NCBI RefSeq assembly: GCF_026571515.1
Contig: NW_026858232.1
Span: 1 to 64,000, forward strand
Direction of reading: 5' to 3'
DNA: 64,000 bases
Source: Ruditapes philippinarum
Lineage: Eukaryota
Below the pieces are notes generated by a model, which was not told the origin of the DNA, did not search any database, and was given only the letters and a program-made list of their open reading frames with translations. Of the stretch, positions 1-13,200 are shown one piece after another; within the stretch, counting starts at the first letter, position 1; the number at the start of each line of letters is the position of its first letter. The translations under genes were made by a program, and so were the position numbers.

Positions 1-455
1 AATATCGTAAATGGCCTGTCAGCTCAATGTGTTCTAGACTATCACTTTCATAATATAAGCATATATGAAAGTGGTTTTCTTATTTAAAAGAATGAAATGT
101 GTTACATCAATGGTGATAAGGTCAAGCGTTCTTGATTGTCCATATTGTATGATAAATTTAAAAAGATGTTGTTGATTTATGAAGCATTCGGTTTACATAA
201 AAATGGAAAATTGATCCTTTTCATGATGTAAGGAAATATGTCAATTCCATAAAATAACACAAACATATACAGATAATAATACCGGTTGGTAGTTCCATGG
301 CCAATATGTTACATCATTACAGACCTTTGTTTAGATTCACCTATTGTAAGTTTTGCCAAGTTATGTTCTAATTGTTTCATCTCTTCTAAAACTGACAAAA
401 GAGTTGCTTGGTATGACTATCATACCTGCTTGTGTAAGATTTGTAAAATTTGTCT

Positions 456-1133
456 TTGAGGAGGAATGCTGTGCACAAGAACGATAACTCTTCCCATTAT
501 AATTTTTGAGTTATTGCCTTTTGTCATTTTGTCCAGAGCTTATCTTAAAAAGTGTTAAGAGGTATCAACTTGAAACTTCATAGGTGGATAAATCTCATTT
601 TGGAGGAGTGCAGCACACAAGAATGATAACTCTTCCCTGCATAATTTTTCAGTTATTGCCCTTTGTTATTTTTAATGCTTAATTTTTGTCCAGAGCATTA
701 CTAAAAGCCTTTGAGATATCAACATGAAACTTCATAGGTGGATAGGTCTCATTGAGGACAAGAATGATAACTCTACCCTGCATAATCTTTAGTTATTGCC
801 CTTTGTTATTTTTAATGCTTAATTTTTTTCCAGAGCATTACTAAAAAGTCTTTGAGATATCAACTTGAAACTTCATAGGTGGATAGATCTCATTGAGGAG
901 GTGTGCAGCACACAAGAATGATAACTTACCCTGCATTATTTTTTCAGTTATTGCCCTTTGTTATTTTCAGCAATCACTATTCACATAATTTACAAATCTG
1001 TAATAACTTCAGCCATCAGTTTTCATTACCAAAAGACCTCTTAAAATTGAATTATTCTGCTCTACTACATATATATTCTTCCAATGTGCAAACACATGCC
1101 GCGAGAGATGGCCATGTTGACATGGCTTTTGTT
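456..1133. mobile_element. Truncated Helentron-associated non-autonomous element (HINE/Pearl-like) with ~130-160 bp internal repeats
   Basis: Reverse-complement match to the element at 58832-60617 (..gatggccatgttgacatggc.cttgtt end); repeated unit ..cacaagaatgataactct..gttattgccctttgttattttt..; absent from paralogous site at ~11514. Confidence 0.85.
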
Positions 1134-4100
1134 TACCTTAATTTGATTTCAGAAACATGTAAAAGCGTCCAATTAAAAAATCCCAAGTGAAAGATGCAAT
1201 TTGCATTTTCATTCTTTAGAGAATTCTAAATTTGATTTTTGAATTTCTTCATGAGAGGACGCCCTGTCGTTGAGTTGTTTGATATTGATAATTGAATAGA
1301 AACAACAGTATTCCAGCTTAATTCATACATATACTGTCAAATTTCAACTGAATGAACACCAGTGTAAATAAGGTGTCACGTTATTTTTCTATTCTTTCAT
1401 GTAACAAGGAAATATTTTGCAAAATGAGAAAAAAGTGGTCATAAATTGTCGACATTTTGTAAAGTACAATGAGGGGTTAAGATATGAGACCAAAGCATTA
1501 TTTCTTCTTAAGATTGCAATCCATTCATTGTGGTTATGGTAGGTGCCACAAAAGATTAGACATAAATTTATTATGCAACATTTGTCAAGTGATGATAGTG
1601 GCCGAAGTATTTATCTAATATTCTCCTTCACATAAATTGCAATATATTAATGGAATAAATACAAAAATTAAACAGACTCCAGTCGATATATAATAACGGT
1701 CATATTATCAGCTCAGTGCGTTCCAACCTAATACAATTATTTGATGTGCGGCTTTAAACAAAAATGAAAACTCGGAATATACTAGCAAATATTAATGTTA
1801 AGAAAGGTAATTAAAAATTAAAAAAAACGTGCTTATAAACAGTTTACATTATAACTTGAACTTATTGTAGAAATTTTAATGTGTAATGTTTTAATTATTC
1901 TTTCTTTAGGAGATTCATATGGCTATCATACATTTATAAGTATGGTTTGTCGAATTTATTTGAGACCGTGTAAGTAGAAAAAAGCAACCAAAGTACGTAA
2001 AATGAATTGATTACAAAACAAACCTTGTATGAACGATGCCTTGGCTCCCACTCAAACATAACAGTTCAGTCTAGTCATATTCCCTCCACTTTCGTTGCAA
2101 ATCAAAGAAATTAAGTTTCATCAAATCAAATTTTATACATACATATCACATATTGTTATTAACTCGTGCCCATAAGCCAGCTCATGCTAAAGGGGCAGTT
2201 AAGGTCTTCCTCCCACCAGTAAAGCTGGAAGTCGCCATTTGTTTGATATTTGCTGTAGTTTAGAAAATAGCTATCTGAATATAGTCAATGACAATAACAT
2301 GTTTTCCCACCTTTATACATTCTGTTTAGCACAACAAGTTTCTTAGCAATTTGCGATTGCATTTGATGACTTTGGTATTGATAAGTCTTACTAGTACCAA
2401 AAGACTGTTACAAATGCAAAGCAGAGGAAAAACAAAATTTAAGATAAAATGTGAATGCTAAAGAACTAGATATTTTAAGAATAAACAAAATGATTTTTTT
2501 TAATTTAACGACTTGTAGATACACTGTAAATACCGATACAGATAGCGATAACTTAAACGCTTTTATTGCAAGTATTACTTTAAAAAAGAGTGATTACTCA
2601 AAAAAATCTTTTATGAATAATACCTTTTCTCATACACAAACAAAAAAGTTCAGTCTAGTCATATTCCCTTCACTTTCTTTGCACTGAATTCTGTCTCATT
2701 TCTAAGTTATTCATGATAAAAGATGCCATAAGTTGATCTTTGAAATCCTTTATGACGGGACGTCCGTCGTTGTGTCAGTTGAAAAGTGGCATTTTTAAAA
2801 AAATTATAGCGACATTTTTCGAGTTGTTATATCCTTGTATGATCATAAAACTTCATGCAACATGAAACTCTTGATTAGATCTTTTTTTCTAAAGATTACG
2901 GACCGTTCATTGTCAGCATATTTCATTTTACAATTACACAATAGCTGCCACAGAAAAGCAGACAGATATTTATTATGCAATATTTGTTGAATGAATATAT
3001 TGGCTGGGGTATCTTATCTACTGGTCACACAAATTGCAATATGTCTGAGCCAAATATTAATGGACATAACTTGCAGTAAATAACAGAAACTGGACGGAAG
3101 CCAGTCGAAATTAGTAAATGGCCAGTCAGCTCAATGTGTTCTAGACTATCACATTCATAATATAAGCATATATGAAAGTGGTTTTCTTATTTAAAAAAAA
3201 TGAAATGTGTTCTCACAATGGTAATAAGGTCAAGCGTTCTTGATTGCCCATATTGTTTGATAAGTTACAAAACACAGAAAAAAATGTTGTTGATTTATGA
3301 AGCACTCGGTTAACATAAATTTTTTTTTATCCTTTTCATGATGCAAGGAGATATGTCAATTAGATAAAATAACACAAACATATACAGATAATTATACCGG
3401 TTGGTAGTTTCATGGCCAATATGTTACATCATTACAGACCTTTGTTTAGAACCTATTGTAAGTTTTGCCAAGTTATGTTCTAATTGTTTCATCTCTTCTA
3501 AAACTGACAAAAGAGTTGCTTGGTACAACTATCATACCTGCTTAAGTAAGATTTGTACAATTTGTGTTTCACAATAGTTTGAATAAAAATGCACAATTGT
3601 TATAAAAACCATAAACAAACTTTATTCCTTGCAATTTACAAATTCTTCCCTTGAGGTTTTAATTTTTTTTATCTTTCACGATAAAAAAAATTGTTAAAGT
3701 CATAATGTTTAGAATCCTTTTATTTCATGATAACAGATAGCAGCATCGGTATAATTCTGATAAATTTTATTCACTTTTGCTTGACTTAATTTATTCTTTT
3801 TATAACTTATTCACCTGTGAGTAAGTGTTGAAGCATACCTAGACATCATGCTTTTTCACGTCATTTTGTAAACCATATAATATTTTTAGTAATTAGATTA
3901 GATTGATTTAAATATACCGGTATCACTAAGAGAAATAGGAAAACGTCAGTTGGCTTTGACGTACGTATTACCTGTATATGATGCTAAGGATTTTCGTCAT
4001 AGTTTTTTCTTATCTTCTTTGTTTATTTGCAGATCCAATTGTCTGGCTCTAAGGAACGATCTATATTTTATGGACCATTTGTCTAGTATTTTATGGACTA

Positions 4101-6075
4101 AATGATTTTTGTGTATTTTTTCAGCATAATTTTTATATCACAGTAGAGACTAGTTTGTGTGTCTATACAAAGTATGTTTTGGACGAGGGATTAATGGACC
4201 AAATTTCATGTGATAAATTAATTTATCTATTATTATAATTTACATACATTCCAGACTCAAATATGAGTTAGACTTTTAGCATTATGTAACCTCAAGGAGT
4301 ACTTAATACCTTCCAATGGTTTCCTAATCATGTTTTGCAGATAAGAACTTTCAATCAAACTGAAAAAATGAGGGAAATCTATTTGAGTTACAGGTTCGCG
4401 TAACTTAGCTTATTGATCAGTTTTACCTTGTTTGTATTATATTATTAATTATATTATATGAATATTGATTAAATACTTAAATTATGTAAAAAAACCATGG
4501 TATAACGTTCTGAAACTTTGATTTAAAAGAATAAGTATTTAGTTACTCTTAATTTCTCTGTTTATATTGTATATGGCTTCCATAATGTAAATTATTCTGT
4601 ACTGCTTACTTGCTTCAAATATACATTATTTATTGATTCATAAATACCTATTCATTATTGTTAATAGTGATCATTTTATAACTCGTTAATGTACATGTAA
4701 TTAAAACAGTGCCTTTCATCTTGAAGAAATACATGGATACTATCAAAGAAACTGGTATTTTGTGTTTTATTTATTGCCTTATTAATTCAAAGGAACAATA
4801 AGCAGGAGACTACTATTTGGGAAAGCCAAATGGAATGTGTTAAAATGTTTCCAAATAAATTTCCCTGGACTTCCTTTTCACTTATATTTCATACAGATAT
4901 ACATGTATATACAAATCCCAAGTGTCACAGTGTATGCTGAGACAGCATCTAACTATATCCGTTGTGCTCTATTCTTAGACCTAATATTAAAGTTGGAAAA
5001 AGAAAAGGACAAAACAGTGAAAGGCTGGCGGTGATGACTTAAACATACCGTAACTAGAGAGGGAGTTTTTCTAAAATTTTAGTGTTATTCGTCCAGATAC
5101 TGACTTTGTCTTAATAAAATATTTTGATAAAAAAATAACAATCTAACAGTTTTAATACAAAAACCAAATCAATACCTAGCAAAGTCCGACGAAACGAATA
5201 ACATGATGTTATTACCTTTATATTATACAGAATTCGTTGAATTTGATTTTTCAAATTTAACACTGTTGAATCATGAACATTGTTTGTAGAAAATGTTTTG
5301 AAAAATGGCATTTTTAAATAATTATATCGACATTTTTTTAGTTATTATATCCTTATGTGATCATACAACTTCATGCATCACGGAACTCTTAATAATATCT
5401 TCTACTAAAGGTTACGGACCGTTCATTGTCAGCATATTTCATTTTACAATTACACAATAGCTGCCACAGAAAAGCAGACAGATATTTATTATGCAATATT
5501 TGCTGAATGAATATATTGGCTGGGGTATCTTATCTACTGGTCACACAAATTGCAATATGTCTGAGCCAAATATTAATGGACATAACTTGCAGTAAATAAC
5601 AAAAACTGGACGGAAGCCAGTCAAATACCGTAAATGGCCAGTCAGCTCAATGTGTTCTAGACTATCACTTTCATAATATATGCATATATGAAAGTGGTTT
5701 TCTTATTTAAAAGAATGAAATGTGTTACATCAATGGTAATAAGGTCAAGCGTTCTTGATTGTTCATATTGTTTGATAAGTTTAAAAAGATGTTGTTGATT
5801 TATGAAGAATTCGGTTTAAATAAAAATGGAAAATTGATCCTTTTCATGATGTAAGGAAATATGTCAATTCCATAAAATAACACAAACATATACAGATAAT
5901 TATACCGGTTGGTAGTTTCATGGCCAATATGTTACATCATTACAGACCTTTGTTTAGAACCTATATTAAGTTTTGCCTACTTATGTTCTAATTGTTTCAT
6001 CTCTTCTAAAACTGACAAAAGAGTTGCTTGGTATGACTATCATACCTGTTTGTGTAAGATTTGTAAAATTTGTCT

Positions 6076-6624
6076 TTGATGAGGAATGCTGTGCACAAGA
6101 ACGATAACTCTTCCCATTATAATTTTTGAGTTATTGCCCTTTGTTATTTTTCATACTTTTTGTCCAGAGCTTATCTTAAAAAGTGTTGAGAGGTATCAAC
6201 TTGAAACTTCAAAGGTGGATAAATCTCATTTTGGAGGAGTGCAGCACACAAGAATGATAACTCTACCCTGCATAATTTTTCAGTTATTGCCCTTTGGTAT
6301 TTTTAATGCTTATTTTTTGTTCAGAGCATAACTATCAAAGCCTTTGAGATATCAACTTGAAACTTCATAGGTGGATAGATCTCATTGAGGAGGAGTGCAG
6401 CACACAAGAATGATAACTTACCCTGCATTATGTTTTCACTTATTGCCCTTTGTTGTTTTCAGCCATCCGTATTCACATAATTTTCAAATCTGTAATCACT
6501 TCAGCCATCAGTTTTCATTACCAAAAGACCTCTTAAAATTGAATTATACTGCTCTACTACATATATATTCTTCCAATGAGCAAACACATTCGGCGAGGGA
6601 TGGCCATGTTGACATGGCTCTTGT
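6076..6624. mobile_element. Duplicated copy of the truncated HINE at 456-1133 (one internal unit fewer)
   Basis: Same two junctions and sequence as 456-1133. Confidence 0.85.
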
Positions 6625-8632
6625 GTACCTTAATGTGATTTCAGAAACATGTAAAAGCGTCCAATTGAAAATCCCAAGTGAAAGATGCAATTTGAATTTT
6701 CATTCTTTAGAGAATCCTAAATTTGATTTTTGAATTTCTTCATGAGAGGACGCCCTGTCGTTGAGTTGTTTGATATTGATAATTGAATAGAAACAACAGT
6801 ATTCCACCTTAATTCATACATATACCGTCAAATTTCAACTGAATGAACACCAATGTAAATAAGATGTCACGTTATTTTTCTATTCTTTCATGTAACAAGG
6901 AAATATTTTGCAAAATGAGAAAAAAGTGGTCATAAATTGTCGACATTTTGTAAAGTACAATGAGGGGTTAAGATATGAGACCAAAGCATTATTTCTTCTT
7001 TAGATTGCAATCCATTCATTGTGGGCATGTTTCTTTTTTATGGTAGGTTCAACAAAAGATTAGACAAATTTATTATGCAACATCTGTCCAGTGATGATAG
7101 TGGCCGAAGTATTTATCTAATATTCTCCTTCACATAAATTGCAATATATTCATGGAATAAATACACAAATTAAACGGACTCCAGTCGATATATAATAACG
7201 GTCATATTATCAGCTCAATGCGTTCCAACCTTATACAATTATTTGATTTGCGGCTTTAAACAAAAATGAAAACTCGGAATATACTAGCAAATATTAATGT
7301 TAAGAAAGGTAATTAAAAATTAAAAAAAAAACGTGCTTATAAACAGTTTACATTATAACTTATACTTACTTGAACTTATTGTAGAAATTAATGTGTAATG
7401 GTTTAATTATTCTTTCTTTAGGAGATTCATATGGCTATCAAACATTTATAAGTATGGCTTGTCGAATTTATTTGAGACCGTGTAAGTAGAAAAAAAGCAA
7501 CCAAAGTACGTAAAATAAATTGATTACAAAACAAACCTTGTATGAACAATGCCTTGGCTCCCACTCAAACATAACAGTTCAGTCTAGTCATATTCCCTCC
7601 ACTTTCGTTGCAAATCAAAGAAATTAAGTTTCATCAAATCAAATTTTATACATACATATCACATATTGTTATTAACTCGTGCCCATAAGCCAGCTCATGC
7701 TAAAGGGAGAGTTAAGGTCCTCCTCCCACCAGTAAAGCTGGAAGTCGCCATTTGATATTTGCTGTAGTTTAGAAAATAGCTATCTGAATATAGTCAATGA
7801 CAATGACATGTTTTCCCACCTTTATACATTCTGTTTAGCACAACAAGTTCCTTAGCAATTTTCGATTGCATTGGATGACTTTGGTATTGATAATTCTTAC
7901 TAGTACCAAAAGACTGTTACAAAATGCAAAGCAGAGGAAAAACAAAATTTAAGATAAAATGTGAATGCTAAAAAACTAGATATTTTAAGAATAAACAAAA
8001 TGATTTTTTTTTATTTAACGACTTGTAGATACACTGTAAATACCGATACATAAAGCGATAACTTTAACGCTTTTATTTAAAAAGAGTGATTGCTCAAAAA
8101 TCTTTTATGAATAATTCCTTTTCTCTTAGACAAACAAAAAAGTTCAGTCTAGTCATATTTCCATCACTTTCTTTTCACTGAATTCTGTCTCATTTCAAAG
8201 ATATTCATGATAAAAGATGCCATAATTTGACTTTTGAAATCATTTATGACGGGACGTCCTGTCGTTGTGTAAGTTGAAAAGTGGCATTTTTAAATAATTA
8301 TAGCGACATTTTTGGAGTAGTTATAGCCTTATATGATCATATAACTTCATGCATCACGAAACTCTTAATTAGATCTTTTTTTCTAAAGATTACGGACCGT
8401 TCATTGTCAGCATATTTCATTTTACAATTACACAATAGCTGCCACAGAAAAGCAGACAGATATTAATTATGAAATATTTGCTGAATGAATATATTGGCTG
8501 TGGTATCTTATCTACTGCTCTCACAAATTGCAATATGTCTTAGACAAATATTAATGGACATAACTTGCAGTAAATAACAAAAACTGGACGGAAGCCAGTC
8601 GAATATCGTAAATGGCCAGTCAGCTCAATGTA

Positions 8633-9139
8633 CATTCGGAACTGCCTCGGCTATTATCTATAATAACCTCGGAAACAATAAGGATTGAAAGTAGTTCTAC
8701 TACGTGGTTTCAGATGTAAACAGAAACAGAGATAATGTAAAACGAATGTATATATTTGACATCTAATGTCTGTTCCGGTACTCTGATGCTTGAAAATATG
8801 TCTGACAACAAGTTGTAATTTAAATAGGCCCACTGATCCGACTAAATGTCAACATGTTGGTTTTTTGTACTTTCGGTTTCTACAGCCAATTTAATAAATA
8901 TATAAATAATGTATTGTTTGCTTTTGTACATATGAATTCACTTATTTTAGGTGGACTTTTACTACATATATTGGGAATAAACTTGTCAACAACTCCCAGC
9001 ATTAAATTACTATTTGTTTACATGTCTAGTTTCTTAGCGTAGGTTAGACCGGAATACCGCATCCGTTCTGTGTATTCATACTATTGTGTTCGAGGTCCTT
9101 ATCCGAAGACTGACGGAAAGGGCCGAGTAGTTGCGATTG
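8633..9139. mobile_element. MITE with imperfect ~18-bp TIRs and 8-9 bp target-site duplication
   Basis: CATTCGGAACTGCCTCGGC ... GCCGAGTAGTTGCGATTG; flanked by CTCAATGT(A/G); empty site cagctcaatgtgttctag seen at 20, 3127, 5643, 13859. Confidence 0.85.
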
Positions 9140-12100
9140 CTCAATGTGTTCTAGACTATCACATTCATAATATAAGCATATTTGAAAGTGGTTTTCTTAT
9201 TTAAAAGAATGAAATGTGTTCTAACAATGGTAATAAGGTCGCCCATATTGTTTGATAAGTTACAAAATAAGAAAAAGATGCTGTTGATTTATGAAGCATT
9301 CGATTAACATAACAATTTTTTTTTTACCTTTTCATGATGAAAGGCAAGAGGTCAATTAAATAAAATAACACAAACATATACAGATAATTATATTGGTTGG
9401 TAGTTTCATGGTCAATATGTTATATCATTACAGACCTTTGTTTAAAACCTATTGTAAGTTTTGCCAAGTAATGTTCTAATTGTTTCTTCTCTTCTACAAC
9501 TGACAAAAGAGTTGCTTGGTACTCTTATCATACCTGCGTAAGTAAGATTTGTACAATTTGTGTTTCACCATAGTTTGAATAAAAATGAACAATTGTTATA
9601 AAAATCATAAACAAGCTTTTTCCTTGCAATTTACAAATTCTTCCCTTGAGGTTTTAATTTTTTTTTATCTTTCATCATCATTATAGAAATTGTTAAAATC
9701 ATAATAGCATCGGTATAATGCTGATAAATTTTATTCACTTTTGCTTGGCTTAATTTATTCTTTTTATAACTTATTCACATATAACTAAGTGTTGAAGCAT
9801 ACCTATACATCATGCTTTTTCATGTCATTTTGTAAATCGTATTATTTCTTTAGTAATTAGAATAATTTTAATATATCACTAAGAGAAAAAGAAAAACTTC
9901 AATTTCCTGTACATACGTATAACCTGTATATGATGCTAAGGATTCACGTCATAGTTTTTTCTTTTCTTCTTTGTTTATTTGCAGACCCAATTGTCTAGCT
10001 CTAAGGAACGATTTGTATTTTATGGACCATTTGTCTAGTATTTTATGGACTAAATGTTTTCTGTGTGTTTAATCGCATATTTTTTTATATCACAGTAGAG
10101 ACTAGTTTCTGTGTCTATACAAAGTATGTTTTGGACGAGGGATTAATGGACCAAATTTCATGTGATAAATTAATTTATCTATTATTATAATTAACATACA
10201 TTCCAGACTCAAATATGAGTTAGACTTTTAGCATTATGTAACCTCAAGGAGTACTTAATACCTTCCAATGGTTTCCTAATCATGTTTTGCAGATAAGAAC
10301 TTTCAACCAAACTGAAAAAATGAGGGAGATCTATTTGAGTTACAGGTTCGCGTAATTTAGCTTATTGATCAGTTTTACCTTGTTTGTATTATATTATTAA
10401 TTATATTATATGAATATTGATTAAATACTTAAATTATGTAATAAACCATGGTTTAACGTTTTGAAACTTTGATTTAAAAGAATAAGTATTTAGTTACTCT
10501 TAATTTCTCTGTTTATATTGTATATGGCTTCCATAATGTGAATTATTCTGTACTGCTTACTTGCTTCAAATATACATTGTTTATCGTTTCATAAATACCT
10601 ATTCATTATTGTTAATAGTGATCATTTTATAACTCGTTAATGTACATGTAATTAAAACAGTGCCTTTCATCTTGAAGAAATACATGGATACTATCAAAGA
10701 AACTGGTATTTTGTGTTTTATTTATTGCCTTATTAATTCAAAGGGACAATAAGCAGGAGACTACTATTTGGGAAAGCCTAATTGAATGTGTTAAAATGTT
10801 TCCAAATAAATTTCCCTGGACTTCCTTTCCTACTTATATTTCATACAGATATACATGTATATACAAATCCCAAGTGTCACAGTGCATGCTGAGACAGCAT
10901 CTAACTATATCTGTTGTGCTCTATTCTAAGACCTAATATTAAAGTTGGAAAAAGAAAAGGGCAAAACAGTGAAAGGCTGGCGGTGATGACTTTCATATAC
11001 CGTAACTAGAGAGGGAGTTTTTCTAAAATTTTAGTGTTATTCGTCCAGATACTGACTTTGTCCTAATAAAATATTTTAATAAAAAAATCCTTTGACAAGA
11101 TAAAAAAAGCAAAGTTGCGCTTAAATTTGTCAAATCTTGCAATGAAAATAATAAAAATAGTTGCGATTTGTCTTACATTATTTTTTGAAGTATCTTACTG
11201 GCCATCACAAGTAGGCGTCGAAATATCTTCCCCATAGGGGTCGAAAAGTCATGTAAAATGGGTCTAAGACTCAAGGGGTCTAGAAGTCATCTTAATATCT
11301 TATGGGATCGAGAAGTCAAGGAGCCAAAGTGTCTAACTTGCATTCTGGGCATTGCAGGGTATGTCTTTGTCATTGCATTTGGTTGTTGACAAGATGCCAA
11401 ATGTCATTTGACCTCAAAAACTTTATTTACATGTCATGGCACAAAAACATCATTTAGCCTGTCTTGTTTTAAGAATAATTGAAGAAATTTTGAAAATAAT
11501 GAGATACATGTATTTACCTGAATTTGATTTCAGAAACATGTAAAAGCGTCCAATAAGAAAAATTCCAAGCAAACTATGTTATTTGCATTTTCATTCTTTA
11601 GAGAATCCATAATTTGGTTTCTGAATTTCTTCATGAGAAGACGCCTTGTCGTTGAGTTGTTTACTACATGTATTGGTAATTCAAAGAAAACAACAGCATA
11701 ATATTACAGTTTAATTCCTGCAGAATCTCAAACTTCATCTGAACGAACACCAGTGTAAATCAGGCGTCATGTCTTTTCTATTCTTTCATGTAACAAGGAA
11801 ATATTTAATTCATATTTTATACCTGATCTGTTTTTGTGAATAAATTTGCAAAATCAGACAAAGTAGTCCTAAAATGTCGACATTTTGTAAAATATTAGTG
11901 GTTAAGATATAAGACCAAAGCATTATTTCTTCTTAAGATTACAATCCATTCATTGTGGGCATTTTTCTTTTTATGTTAGGTGCCACAAAAGATCAGACAG
12001 AAATTTATTATGCACTATTTGTCCAGTGATGATAGTGGCCGAAGTATTTTATCTAATATTCTCCTTCACATAAATTGCAATATATTCATGGAATACCTAG

Positions 12101-12515
12101 ACAAATTAAACAGACTGTAGTCGATATCTAAAAACGGTCATATCATCAGTTCAATGCGTTCCAAAATAAGACAATTATTTGATTTGCGAATTTGAACTTA
12201 AAAAAACATGAAAACACGGATTATACAACACAAATATCAATGTTAAAAAAGTTATTAAACAAATTATAAAAAAGTAGTTATACACAGTGTACATTATTAC
12301 TGATTTAAAATTATTGTAGATATTGATTAGTAAATTTTTTTATCAGTACGATTTGTCGAATTTATTTAAGACCGTAGTACAAGTAGAATGTATTATTGCT
12401 ATTAAAACATAAAAACGCATCTAAACCTTTGTGAACTAAGTACGTGAAATAAATTGATAACAAAACAAATCTTTTATGAACAATTTCTTGCCTCACACAC
12501 GGGCAAAACAGTTTC

Positions 12516-13200
12516 TGTCCTAGGATGATAACCTTTGTTTACATAACAAAGACCAATAACAATGCGAAAAATAGGTAAGGCAGATCAATCCCAAAACCTA
12601 TAAAGATGAAAATAAAACTGCCTGTTACCATATGTCTTGTTAGCGCAGTAGGTAGAGCAACCGTGACAGGAATGTGTTTTACCCGTACAGGCAGAAGTTC
12701 GACTATTAGTAAGACACATTTTTTTTACCTCAGAACAGTCAATTGTTCAGAAAACAAGTTTGACCGTTTTTCTGTTTTTCTTTTCATATACATGCCTGAA
12801 TATGAGATCGAATATTTTTTCACACTGCGATCAAAATATACAAAAAGAAAATATAAATAAAAAAATGAATATATACTATAAAATATATATTATAAGAATA
12901 AACAAAAAGGAAAACGAAAAAATAAATAAATAATAATGATAAAAAAACAGAGCAAGAAGAAAAATTGTGGTTATGAAATGGCACTACGTGGGGTTCGAAC
13001 CTATGAGTACAAAATACTAAAAGTTACAATAACTTCGATCAACCGGCAGAGCCATAACGGTAATACACCAACGATACTGTAAGAATAATGCTTTATAGTA
13101 TATGTAAGTGTTTACTTTTACAATATCGGATAATAATCCAGATAACCCCGTTTGTGGACTTTCCCATGCACCGTTAAGTCCAAATTATCATCCTAGGACA
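12516..13200. mobile_element. Non-autonomous element with perfect 16-bp TIR containing two tRNA-like segments
   Basis: TGTCCTAGGATGATAA (12516-12531) / TTATCATCCTAGGACA (13185-13200); interrupts the motif aacagttcagtctagtcatattc that is contiguous at ~2060, 7573, 17154. Confidence 0.8.

Noticed and set aside
903-1190. ORFs 903-1190, 6086-6331, 6395-6733, 30576-30944, 49190-49501, 60365-60673
   Set aside because: Chance ORFs within HINE internal satellites; no protein motifs.
2940-3060. B-module frame reads longer if TGA is Trp (NUMT idea)
   Set aside because: TAA/TAG stops remain and no mitochondrial protein motif is recognisable.
5031-5103. C/D box snoRNA-like spacing GTGATGA...CTGA (73 nt) in module D (also ~10983, 15718, 17687)
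   Set aside because: No convincing terminal stem, no C'/D' boxes, no rRNA or snRNA antisense guide I could recognise; conservation no higher than flanks. snoscan/Infernal would settle it.
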